This document shows, piece by piece, positions 1 through 10,373 of a stretch of DNA of 64,000 bases. The translations under genes and the position numbers were made by a program. This DNA is from Phoronis australis (Eukaryota > Animalia > Phoronida). The DNA is taken from NCBI GenBank assembly GCA_002633005.1, contig NMRA01000536.1, forward strand, positions 1 through 64,000, written 5' to 3'. The notes under the pieces are model-generated. The model did not search any database and was not told the DNA's origin. It saw only the letters and a program-made list of their open reading frames with translations. How positions within the stretch are numbered: the first letter of the stretch is position 1; every line of letters begins with the position of its first letter.

Positions 1-238
1 GAAAAACAAGGTGGACGAGATAGAAATTGTTAAGGTAAAATCAAAAACATTTGGTAGTTTGTAAGAAATACTAAACGAATCGAAGACGTTCAACAGTTTA
101 GATGCTAAAGCGGGATACAATCCATCTGTCTGCTATATGAGAAAATCCAATATTGTTTCATAATTATTCTTGGCATTAAGGAGTAAATAAGTATAGTGAG
201 CTAAATGGCAACAATAGCGGATTTGCAGCGCAAACGAA

Positions 239-626
239 CTACGCATTGCGCATGTGCGAGTTACTTCCTGCGCGAAGGCTCATGGGATAGCTTGTGGTCA
301 GGAATGTCTTGAGCAGGCTGGATAGTGTGTGCATTTGGAGGGATTTGCAAACTAAAAACCATGTTTCATTTTTTTGCTTTATAATACCAAGCAAGTCCTC
401 TCTCTCGTTTGTAAACACAGAGTAGCTATGATCAGTGACCGTGTGACCGAGGGCACAACTGTCGTCATGTTCGGTTTCAGACAAGTTGAGAGTTCTTGGG
501 TTGCTTAATTTTGCTTTCGCCGTGGATATGCTAGAGACGTTAATTTTAAGAGGAAACTCCGTTGGAATGTTGTTCTCATACGTCTTTTTTCCACCAGGAA
601 AATGTTCGCTGCACACACGATGGCCC
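239..626 (-). pseudogene. THAP zinc-finger C-terminal half and downstream linker
   Basis: ORF 239-688 contains GHRVCSEHFPGGKKTYENNIPTEF (CxxHF plus an AVPTIF-like box) and DHSY (HCF-binding-like motif seen in THAP proteins). Confidence 0.75.
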
Positions 627-1412
627 CTAGGCACTGAATTACATCGCATTGGATGCCGCAGGCATTCAGGGGCGATAGTCATCCTCACAAAAAGTTACTC
701 ATTTCAAAATACAGCAAATAAAATCAAATGAACCATACATGTAGGAACACGGAGTTATAATTAACACATACCACGACTCTGGATACAATTTAGTCAGCAA
801 AACTTGAATAAATAAATGAAAATCTGTCGCGGTTTGCTCGAGTTTCTCTCGCAGTTACCGGGTGCCATTTTGAGGAAGTCAGTGAAATTACGTATGTTGA
901 CGAACAAAAAGTCCAAAGGACACACATCTTACAAGTTTCACCCGATACCTTCTCATGCTATTTTACAAGTGTCGCGCGCTAGCGTCACGCGCTAGCCTCA
1001 CACGCTAGCCGTGTCACGCGCTTCGCCCAGTCTCGCGCTAACCTTTGCTTAACTCACGTGATTCAGTTGACATGCTTTGTGGTTATCGCGGCTCACGCTG
1101 TGATAAAATTAACGGCAACCAAAAAAGTGGAGTTGTAATTCTTCGCCAAAGTCAATTTAATTCTCACAACTAAGCTTCATCAAAGATATGTATAGAAGTA
1201 GAAAGGACCAATGATGAAAGTAAGCGTTTTTTAAATGATAGTTTTAAGTGTAGAATGTATTTTTGACGAGGTGAAAACTCGAAATCGGTAACCCAAATCT
1301 GGTCACGGCCCGTTTAAAATACACTGAAGTTACGAAATGAGTACAGAAAGCGAATGGGAGTATTGTAGCCCCTAGTGGCCAACCGAGGGGCTACGTGTTG
1401 CCAACCTAGAAA
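627..1412. mobile_element. Unclassified 786-bp insertion interrupting the THAP domain
   Basis: Flanked by GCCC direct repeats (623-626, 1413-1416). Removing it restores ...KPTQG-HRVCSEHF. Ends are CTAGG...CCTAG(AAA), with a hairpin at 1365-1394. Confidence 0.65.
970..1041. repeat. Degenerate CpG-rich ~13-15 bp tandem repeat (tcacgcgctagc-like, ~5 copies)
   Basis: gtcgcgcgctagc gtcacgcgctagc ctcacacgctagc ...gtcacgcgcttcg ...ctcgcgctaac. Confidence 0.7.
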
Positions 1413-1660
1413 GCCCTGCGTTGGTTTGAATGCGCTAAATCTCCCCTTACTCCCAGCTCTCCTAATGTTGTTTATCCATTTTTTCACGAAGTTCTTGGTT
1501 TACAGGGAACACATAAAAACTCAGATTTTTATCTGTCTTGTTGTTTTTGAAGCAACCAGGAACACAAGTGTATCCGCCGTAAGTTTTCTTCGCGCTCATA
1601 CCGCGTATTAAGCAGCCAGGAACACAAGTGTATCCGCCGTAAGTTTTCTTCGCGCTCATA
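1413..1660 (-). pseudogene. THAP zinc-finger N-terminal half (frameshifted)
   Basis: Reads GGYTCVPGCFKNNKTDKNLSFYVFPVNQELRE, then after a frameshift KWINNIRRAGSKGRFSAFKPTQG. This fits the THAP C-x-P-x-C...FP...W signature. Confidence 0.8.
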
Positions 1661-1670
1661 CCGCGTATTA
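1550..1670. repeat. 60-bp tandem duplication within the THAP start
   Basis: Two near-identical units aagca(a/g)ccaggaacacaagtgtatccgccg...cgcgtatt; the peptide GMSAKKTYGGYTCVPGC is duplicated. Confidence 0.95.
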
Positions 1671-1765
1671 TGCTTGTTACTATGGCTGCTTTCGGAATCC
1701 TGACCACAGCACCCACAATGCACCATTTTAACCTAATTTCAATATGGCGTCGCTGCAAATCCGCT

Positions 1766-2044
1766 ATAGGGAGCCAGCTATAGAGACAGCAGGTTATTGA
1801 ATCAACGAGTGTAACAGTTGCTGAACGTGTCTCAGAAGTTCATCACAAGTCAAGGCTTCGCAGCACTGGCTGGAGCATAGAACAGACATTACGCCGGACG
1901 TTTTGTTTGAGTAGGCTTCCGAACGTACGGTCGGGATTAATAAAGGATTAACTCGAACCAGTCTTCAGTCTATCGTCGCACCTAAAGCTATTAGCACCGG
2001 TCTTTAACAACCTGCACCCACCCACACACGGGGAAAACGTAACA
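1766..2044 (+). repeat. 5' LTR (3' portion only; truncated at the THAP element TIR)
   Basis: Aligns with scattered mismatches to 10004-10290; ends ...GTAACA just before the PBS. Confidence 0.85.
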
Positions 2045-2046
2045 AT

Positions 2047-2064
2047 TGGCGAGCACGCCATGAG
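2047..2064 (+). promoter_or_regulatory. Primer-binding site, tRNA-Arg(ACG)-like
   Basis: TGGCGAGCACGCCATGAG matches 15/18 positions of the complement of the metazoan tRNA-Arg(ACG) 3' end as I recall it (TGGCGAGCCAGCCAGGAG); lies 2 nt after the LTR end. Confidence 0.65.
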
Positions 2065-2139
2065 TGTACTGACGGTAACAAGGTGTGATAAAGTGGACTG
2101 TTGGAATTAGCAAAGAACCAGGGCTGAACTCAGATTGAA

Positions 2140-2680
2140 TAGGCAATTAGTCTCAGTCCCCTGTTAACAGGTAAGGGCCTGCAGGTTTATACCTCCCAAT
2201 GGCTGATGCACTGGACTATGCCAAACTCACGAGAACCTTACTGAAGCAGTATGAGCTGGCGGAGGAGGGCTTTCACAAACAGTTCCGGGAAGCGAGGGCT
2301 GAAAGGGGTGAGACAGCTTATCAGTTTGTGGCCCGCATACAGCGTTATCTAGGCAGGTGGATCGTTATGTCCGAGTGTGGCAAAGACTTTGCTGAGTTGA
2401 GAAACTTGTTAGTGCGGGAGCAGTACGTTAACACCTGCACTAACGACTTAGCCTTGTTCCTGCGAGAGCGGACACCCAAGACTGTTCCAGAGATAGTGAG
2501 CTTAGCAGAGAGATATATTGAGGCCCATGGAGTGGATATAACGAGCACCCTGTGAAAAATGTCCCAAGAACGACCAGTCAAGACAGACAACCAGAGAGTC
2601 GACCAGAAGAAAACTGACCTCGCTGAGGAGAGGTGTTTCTTCTGTCAAAAAACTGGACACCTAGCGAGAGACTGTCGGAA
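2140..2680 (+). pseudogene. gag: gag remnant (SCAN-related capsid C-terminus plus CCHC knuckle)
   Basis: AISLSPLLTGKGLQVY, EGFHKQFREAR...LRNLLVREQY...LFLRERTPKT and CFFCQKTGHLARDC; contains a frameshift and in-frame stops. Confidence 0.85.
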
Positions 2681-3674
2681 GCGGACACAAGGGATGCAAC
2701 ACCAAAAGTCAGCAACAGTCAACCACCGAGGTTCCCAGAGCAAAGAGCATTCGGTGAAGCGTGCTAAACCTGAACGCGCCTTCAAAGGAAAGCTGCGTCT
2801 AAAGGAGGGGTATGTTGGCACGAAAAAGGTCTCAGTGTTGAGAGACACAGGCTGCACAACCGTCGTGGTTTTATCCAGTCTAGTCGAACCAGGAGATATG
2901 ACCGGCCGGAAGGGGACATGCGAGTAGGTGGACTCTACCAAGAGATGGCTGCCTGTCGCCAAGATCAACATCAAGACACCGTACTACACGGGAGAAGTGT
3001 TTGCGATGTGTATGGAGCGTCCAGTGGCCGATTTCATTATCGGGGACGTACCTGGCGCCTTGGCCCAAGGGGATGATGAGCGACAACAGACGGCTACTAC
3101 TGTCAGCAAGGACGATACAGGCCTTGTGGAGGGTCCCAAAGACGACTCTCAGANGGTGTTTCTTCTGTCAAAAAACTGGACACCTAGCGAGAGACTGTCG
3201 GAAGCGGACACAAGGGATGCAACACCAAAAGTCAGCAACAGTCAACCACCGAGGTTCCCAGAGCAAAGAGCATTCGGTGAAGCGTGCTAAACCTGAACGC
3301 GCCTTCAAAGGAAATCTGCGTCTAAAGGAGGGGTATGTTGGCACGAAAAAGGTCTCAGTGTTGAGAGACACAGGCTGCACAACCGTCGTGGTTCTATCCA
3401 GTCTAGTCGAACCAGGAGATATGACCGGCCGGAAGGGGACATGCGAGTTGGTGGACTCTACCAAGAGATGGCTGCCTGTCGCCAAGATCAACATCAAGAC
3501 ACCGTACTACACGGGAGAAGTGTTTGCGATGTGTATGGAGCGTCCAGTGGCCGATTTCATTATCGGGGACGTACCTGGCGCCTTGGCCCAAGGGGATGAT
3601 GAGCGACAACAGACGGCAACTACTGTCAGCAAGGACGATACAGGCCTTGTGGAGGGTCCCAAAGACGACTCTCA
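2632..3674. other. ~520-bp near-identical duplication across a single-N join (probable assembly or haplotype artefact)
   Basis: 2632-3153 is repeated at 3155-3674 with few SNPs; N at 3154 sits at the junction. Confidence 0.8.
3330..3580 (+). pseudogene. Retroviral-type aspartic protease (second copy at ~2807-3057)
   Basis: VSVLRDTGCTTVVV active-site motif and the ADFIIGDV C-terminal motif. Confidence 0.9.
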
Positions 3675-3939
3675 GAAGGGTACTACTTACAAACAATAGA
3701 ACCCAGTGACCTCATCTCTAGAGGGAGAAAAGGTGGCCGACATGTCGGTAGGAACGGATCCTGATGAATCCAGCAAGGGAGCGGTAGCAGTGATTACTAG
3801 GGCTCGGGCAGAGCAACGAAAATCGGACATTAAACCGTTAGCTGTGTCTCCGATCATACAAGAGGTGGGACTAAAGCTGTTCAAAAAAGCCCAGCATGAA
3901 GATTCATCAATGAAAAAGCTGTGGGAGCAAGCTGAAGCC

Positions 3940-5120
3940 AAAGTTCAACGACAAACCAAAGGCAAGGGGTCGTACGTGATGGAGGCTCAACATGGTTTAC
4001 TGTATCGAATGTTCAAAAAGAAAGATGGTGACGAGGTGAAACAAGTTGTCGTGCCGAGCAGTTTACGGAAGTCCGTGATGAGGCTCGCCCATGATTCTAT
4101 ACTCGGTGGACACCTCGGTGTTAGGAAGACAACTGACCGTATCACCAGCAATTTCTATTGGCCAGGAGTAGCATCAGAAGTGACCCGATTCTGCAGATCA
4201 TGCGACATCTGTCAGAAGACAATCCCAAAAGGTCGAGTGACCAAGGTACCCCTGGGGGATATGCCTTTGATGGAGGAGCCAGTCAAAAGAATCGTTATCG
4301 ATCTGATTGGCCCTATAGCTCCAGTTTCTGACAAGCGAAACACATACATTCTCACGGTGGTAGATTTCGCTACCAGGTATCCAGAAGCAGTGGCGCTACC
4401 GAAGATTGAGTCAGAGCGTGTGGCTGAAGCATCATTAGAAGTCTTCAGTAGAGTAGGGTTCCCACGATAGATCCTGAGTGATCGCGGAACGCAGTTCACA
4501 GCGGAACTGATGAAGGGAGTCAACAGGCCGCCTGTGAGTGCACAACAGCTGTACACGACCCCTTACAATCCACGCTGTAACGGGCTCTTTGAAAGGACCA
4601 ACGGTGTACTAAAAGCCATGCTGAAGAAAATGTGTCAAGAAAGACCAAAGGACTGGGATTGGTATCTGCCAGCTGTCCTGTTTGCTTACCGGGAAGTCCA
4701 GCAATCAAGCACAGGATTTTTGCCCTTTGAGTTGCTATACGGCAGGAAAATAAAAGGTCCGATGCATATCCTGAGGGAACTCTGGACTGGGGAAGACAGC
4801 AACGAAGTCCGAAATACTTGCCAGTATGTCTTCGAGCTCAGGAACCGCTTAGAGAAGACCTGCGAGTAGGCTAGAAAAAGTTTGTACAATGCACAAGTTA
4901 TTCACAAGCATTACTACGACAAGAAGGCCAGAGATAGGCAGTTTCAAGTGGGCCAAAGAGTGTTGGTATTACTTCCCACAGACCACAACAAGCTTACTCT
5001 GCAGTGGAAGGGGCCTTATGAGGTTACAGAAAAAGTCAATCGTATGGACTACAGAATCAACATGAACGGCAACATTAAGATCTTCCATGCCAATCTGTTG
5101 AAGGCGTATCACGAACGCGA
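3940..5120 (+). pseudogene. Integrase (HHCC zinc domain, DDE core, GPY module), located upstream of RT
   Basis: AHDSILGGHLG...CRSCDIC; IVIDLIGP...VVDFATRYPEA...SDRGTQF...NGLFERTN; WKGPY. Stops at 4468-4470 and 4867-4869. Confidence 0.9.
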
Positions 5121-5273
5121 AGCTGGCAACATCACAGGTAAAGATGAAGCGAACGGTGCGGTGTTAATTGAGGAGTGTGTGACTGACGAGCGACTCTTCT
5201 TGATGAAGGCGGTTTAGAGCTTCGACCGGAGGTTCACAGTGAAAGCTACAAGGACGTAAAGCTGTGTGATTCC

Positions 5274-6615
5274 TTGACGTCAGGACAACGTGAACAGGCA
5301 CTACGGCTTCTTTCTGACTACCTCGGTATCTTTGCCAATCAGCCTGGGGAGACCTATTTGGCCAGCCACGTTATCAAGTTGACAACAGAACAACCTGTGA
5401 GAGTGAGACCACGTCAGATACCGTACACTACTCAAGACCTAGTGAAGAAGGAAGTGCAGGAGATGTTAAAGATGAACATCATTGAGCCTTCCACTTCAGC
5501 TTACAGTTCTCCTGTAGTGTTGGTGGCTAAAAAGGACGGCATCACAAGGTTCTGTGTTGACTACCGGCGGCTGAATGCCCTGACCAAATTTGACAACGAG
5601 CCCATGTGTAACCCTGAAGCTTTTATGGCGACTCTGCATGGTGAATGTTTCTTTTCGAAATTCGACTTCACGAAGGGCTACTGGCAAATTTCCATGGATG
5701 AGGCTAGTAAAGAGAAGACCGCATCTCCAAGAGGCTGTTACCAGTTCCGCAGAATGCCATTTGGCTTGGTGAATTCGGCGGCTACTTTCAACAGGATGAT
5801 GAGAAGAGTGTTGGCAACTGAGCTCGGATGATATCGAGCAGTATGTTGACGATGTGCTACTTCACACCGTCACCTGACAAGAACATCTCCGTACACTGAG
5901 AGACTTGTTTCAGAGTGTAAAACGAGCAGGCTTGACAGTAAAACCGTCGAAGTGCAGCATTGGCTATCAAGAGGTGGAGTTCCTTGGACATCAGATTGGG
6001 ACAAACCAGATAGTTATGGAGGATCAAAAGCTAATGAAGATCCAGGATGCACCATCACCATCTACGAAGACGGAAGTACAGTCATTCCTAGGACTTAGAG
6101 GGGAATATCGAAAGTTCGTCCCTAACTATGCACAGCCAAAGAAAGTCGGCTGGACCGATATTCATGGACAGGCATGCAAGAAATTAAAGCAAGCGCTTGG
6201 AAGCAGCCCGATCCTACGAGTGCCTGACTTCACTCAGAGATTCATCGTCAGAACAGACGCATCAAACGATAGTTTATAGGGGCAGTTTTACTGCAGGAGT
6301 TTGACGATGGGATATTCCCTATTGCGTATGCCAGCCGGAAGCTTAAAGAGAGCGAGCAGCATTACTTTAAAGAAGAGAAATAGTGTTTAGCAATAGTGTT
6401 TGCTGTTAAACGTTTTCAGTTTTATCTCTACGGAACAGAATTCGTGGTGCAAACAGACCACAAACCACTGGTATGTATTCAGCGTTGTAAGATTGAAAGT
6501 CCCAGAGTTATGCGATGGGCTATAGCGTTGCAGAATTATAAATTCCACGTGGAGGATATCCCAGAAAAATGATGTAAAGTTGGTGCAGACTATTTAAGTC
6601 GATTAGCAGAGCCTG
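5274..6615 (+). pseudogene. Reverse transcriptase and RNase H
   Basis: SSPVVLVAKKDG..RFCVDYRRLN, FDFTKGYWQ, MPFGLVNSAATF, YVDD (~5842-5853), FIVRTDAS, PIAYASRKL, TDHKPL, ADYLSR; multiple frameshifts and stops. Confidence 0.9.
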
Positions 6616-6647
6616 AAAGTCAAGGAGCATCTTAGTGAGACAGAAGG

Positions 6648-6648
<1 letters not shown>

Positions 6649-6701
<53 letters not shown>
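6649..6701. repeat. (TA)n microsatellite at a contig end
   Basis: About 26 TA units ending at N6702. Confidence 0.98.
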
Positions 6702-7219
6702 NACTTAGAAAAAATTGAGGCGGGGGGTTCACTCTGAAAATATATTTTTTTGCATTGTGAATTGCTGATCTGAAAATCAACGCATTTCGATTCTTCGTTG
6801 CTCATCGGCAAAATGCGCGGAGATCAATTATGCGCGCGCTTCCGTCGACACTTCTGAAGTAACCAAGCATTTTAGATGGCTCCACCGCTGAAACAGCAGC
6901 TCTATAGCTGATTTCTTTAGGTAACTAGCTTTTTTACTCTAAGATATGTTTTGATTCGATTAGGGAAAATACTGTGGTGCCGCAACCCTGATATTCAGGC
7001 GAATTGACGTGCAACGTTTCTACCTCATCTTTCATGCCGTGTCAGGCTATTGCACTCCACACGTTTGTAACTCGAATTTAGCTGGTGTATAGTAAAGTTG
7101 TCTTGCGCAATATCATACAGTGTACATGTAATATTTTTGAAAAAACTCGTTTTCCGAAGAATTGCTATTGTGGCGGGCGCCGTGGTCCGATTCCGTTTTA
7201 AGATGCACTCTAACAAGTT

Positions 7220-8210
7220 ATGTCTATACAAGGAATGACCAAGGAGGCACTCACATTGACATAGTGACCGCATTCGCGAACAGTGTACAGCACCAGAAAT
7301 TGCACGGAGGCTGTACTTTCACAACAAAGTCTTGCGGGACTCGTGCGATGTTCAATAGACCTCCTAAGGAGCCCTAGTTCCAACCTCAACACCTACCATT
7401 TTTCTACGCGCAATAAGCACCACTGCCGTCTTCTATACTGGGAATTTCCGCAGAAAGTCCCACCCGACGAAACGCCCATGCCCATGGGCATTCATTTGAT
7501 GTTAGTACTTCGGGTTTCAAGCGTTCAGACATTGGGACGTTTATTTCGAACATTGCAAGAGATGCAAATAGGTCCTGGGATACATCGTCAAGGTTTGAAG
7601 TAGTCCATGATGAACGGATCAAATTTAGTTGCGCATGTAAATCTTTTGAATGGACTTGGCAACCTCAGGGGCCTTAGTGCCATCTGAGCTGCGAAACGAG
7701 ATGCTGACATTGCAGAGGCTTACAAGCTCATTGACTGAGCAGTTGACGAAGTGCAAGCGTTGGGAACAAACATCGCAGATGTCTGGGTAGAATGGTTCCA
7801 AGACGAGCAAACCATTGGATCCGATAATAATACAGATTCCTCGGCAGTCTAGGCAACAGAAGGATATGACTAACATTCCTGGAGAAACACAGGTAATAAG
7901 TTATAATTCTACACAGTTTGTATATAATTTCGGGGTTTTTTTATTGCTTGTGTACAGTGAAAACGAAATACAAATTATTTTTGGACATGTCAAATTTACC
8001 CAGTACAGCAAAGAGTCTACGAGCGCAAAGAAACTGATTCTGGTTTGTATTTCCACTTGGCTCTATCTGCTTCATATCCAAAATCTATTTCACGTAGTGC
8101 GTAGTTAAATTTATACTAAATACTTGTTTCTTCCAGTGAGTAATACAGAATGGTGCTAAAACCCTTCCTAGACAACCTCTCGCAACACTTGACCACCAGA
8201 TGTGTAAAAT
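7220..8210 (+). pseudogene. hAT transposase remnant (THAP12/PRKRIR- or ZMYM1-like) with a GT-AG intron at 7893-8136
   Basis: Fragments ANRSWDTSSR, LRGLSA..KRDADIAEAYKLID.AVDEVQAL.TNIADVWVEWF, IPRQSRQQKDMTNIPGET, then after the intron E*YRMVLKPFLDNLSQHLTTR (cf. EYYR...IPFLD.L...L..RF). Confidence 0.65.
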
Positions 8211-8810
8211 ACACGTACGAGCAACCACTGGGGATTAAGAAGTGTCTAGAGAGAAGTTTTCAATTCAAAATTTTTTCATAGTACACTTTACGTCCCGCGA
8301 CGGACTAAGCCAACTTGATTTGTGTAGATATTGAGTTTCAGTGTACTTCTGGTCCCTCGGCGAACCTTGTGATGTTTTTTACTAAAGTGTGCTTTGTAAA
8401 ATTATTTATCTCAGCCAGTACAGCTGTTTGGTCCCGCGACAGATCGACTATTTTTATAGGGATAATAAGCACAAGTGTACTTTTGGTCTCATGACGGACC
8501 AGGCCAGCCTTTTGTGTACTCTCAGTGTACACCTGGTCCCTCTGCGAACTGGTCCTGCATATCTTTTCACCACGAGGTACAGAATGTTTTGGTTTCGTGA
8601 AACTTTTTTCAGATGATTTGTTTCCTGATACATTTGACGTTTTTCAATTGTCGTCAACGTGATTCAGCTTAATAAAGTGATACCTAATTGTTTATTGCCG
8701 CTTTTAATAATAGACTATGAGCTAAGAACACCATCATTCGCCAGTTGTTCTCGTAACGAGACAGAACACATGTTTATTTCCGGACTAACAGTACAGGTCT
8801 TCGTTCTTAA

Positions 8811-9137
8811 AGGCGAAGGCAACCTTTTTCCATGTCATTTTGAGCTAAAATAAGGTTGGTTGGTTATCCTAGACATATTTTTCACTTAATTACAGCTTTT
8901 CGTAATTTTATTAATTATTCGTCCGCTTTTCCGGAAGTGACGTTTTAGGAGGCAAGCGCTTCCCGCCAATTTCTTTTCACATAGTCTGACTGTGAGAGCT
9001 GCCGAGTCAGTCATTGTTCTACCTCGGTTGTGTTAAGTTCCGTCGTCGTTCGCTTTCATTTACTAGTCAGTCAACATGCCACACTGTTGCTGCGTACCGG
9101 GATGTAGTAATTATCGGCTCACGCGCGCTTTGGGAGT
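8811..9137 (+). mobile_element. Left end of a TTAA-specific element with an AGG terminus (Kolobok-like)
   Basis: TTAA (8807-8810) followed by AGGCGAAGG. The same 23-bp flank recurs at 9139-9161 without the element. Confidence 0.55.
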
Positions 9138-9653
9138 NACAGTACAGGTCTTCGTTCTTAATCAACTTGAGGCTGCTGTTACGCGATCATCTGATATTCA
9201 AGTTTTTACTCCCCCTCGGTGTTCCTTATGCTCTTGAATATTTGGTAGTTGTCCAAACCCCGCCCTGTATACACACCACACTTTTTCGTATACGACTTTT
9301 CGTATGCTAAAAAGGTGTGTTTAAGCAGATGTTCCAGCAAAAATTTTTGCTGGTGGCGTAACTCATACCCAGAGGTGCACAAATATGGTTTCACGAATCT
9401 TATGAGCCAAGTTCATGTGACGAAATCGAGAAGGTTTTTAAATTATCTTAAAAAAAACTCCTGACATGTTAAGTGCCAGAAACTTAACAGAATTATGGAA
9501 ATTTCACTATTTGGCTACAAAAACAAAAAATTATTTTACCACGGTAGGGGAAAATCCCCCTCTTGACCTCCCCGCGCTCGGCGCCACGCGCCTCGTATTC
9601 GACCTTTGCGGGAATCCTAAGCCCCCCTCACTGAAAACGTAGATCCGCCACTG

Positions 9654-10290
9654 CTACAGAATAGTATGGAACTTTCTAGAAGACTGAGGTCAATGCAATG
9701 ATGATGTCATTTGTTTATTACAGTATACTGTGGAACTTTCTAGAAGACTCTCGCATGACAGTGATTAATGCAGTCTGCAATATTCTAGAGACTAGTACAT
9801 GTTTGTAGAATGGTTGGGTAGATTCAGGAAAGTTCTAGAATGTGCTTGAATTGATATAAATTTCCAGAACAATGCGTTAGGCTATAAATACACAAGCACG
9901 GGTTTGTGTTAGTCAGATTAAGTAGGCCTACGTTCAAGAAAGTTAATCAGGATAATTACAGTTGAGTTGCAGTGAAGAGAATCAGCAGTTACGGCGATAG
10001 CCAATAGAGAGCCAGGTACTGTATAGAGACGGCAGATTATTGAATCAACGATTGTAACAGTTGCTGAACGTGTCTCAGAAGTTCATCACAAGTCAAGGCT
10101 TCGCAGCACTGGCTGGAGCATAGAACAGACATTACGCCGGACGTTTTGTTTGAGTAGGCTTGCGAACGTACGGTCGGGATTAATATAGGATTAACTCGAA
10201 CCAGTCTTCAGTCTATCGTCGCACCGAAAGCTATTAGCACCGGGCTGTATGACAACCTGCCCCCACCCACACACGGGGAAAAACGTGACA
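9654..10290 (+). repeat. Downstream (3') LTR; start obscured by the hAT insertion
   Basis: 10004-10290 matches the 5' LTR and ends ...GTGACA. The upstream part has a TATA box and HSEs, and is assigned to U3 by inference. Confidence 0.75.
9668..9890 (+). promoter_or_regulatory. Heat-shock element cluster and TATA box (putative LTR promoter)
   Basis: gGAAc-tTTCt-aGAAg at 9668-9682 and 9732-9746; aTTCa-gGAAa-gTTCt-aGAAt at 9822-9841; tTTCc-aGAAc at 9861-9870; TATAAATA at 9883-9890. Confidence 0.7.
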
Positions 10291-10373
10291 GTAGATTTCT
10301 CTGGAAATTTCTTCCCGTGTTTCTTCGCACTTCATCGTAGCCCGCGGGAACAGTTCCTTTTTTATTTTGGAAT

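Larger units (their letters stand above)
214..1767 (-). mobile_element. Non-autonomous TIR DNA transposon carrying a THAP-domain remnant (ISL2EU/PIF-Harbinger-like, tentative)
   Basis: Perfect 17-bp inverted repeat ATAGCGGATTTGCAGCG (214-230) / CGCTGCAAATCCGCTAT (1751-1767); the outer AT may be a 2-bp TSD. Encloses both halves of one THAP domain on the minus strand. Confidence 0.7.
6703..9653 (+). mobile_element. Decayed hAT-superfamily DNA transposon between pol and the downstream LTR
   Basis: Right TIR TAGATCCGCCACTG (9640-9653). The left end is lost at N6702, though G-rich subterminal-like sequence follows. Contains a transposase relic. Confidence 0.6.
1766..10290 (+). mobile_element. Gmr1-like Ty3/Gypsy LTR retrotransposon, degenerate, with nested insertions
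   Basis: LTR homology between 1766-2044 and ~10004-10290, a PBS, and gag/pol remnants in the order gag-CCHC-PR-IN-RT-RNaseH. The N join at 6702 means the downstream LTR could belong to another copy. Confidence 0.85.

Noticed and set aside
1-213. Missing 5' part of the 5' LTR lying left of the THAP element
   Set aside because: Apart from CAAT at the junction it does not align with 9654-10003.
627-1412. Insertion in THAP as a spliceosomal intron
   Set aside because: No GT/GC-AG pair on the minus strand restores the frame exactly.
2632-3674. Retrotransposon with two zinc knuckles and two proteases
   Set aside because: The copies are near-identical and joined by a single N, which indicates a contig overlap or haplotype artefact.
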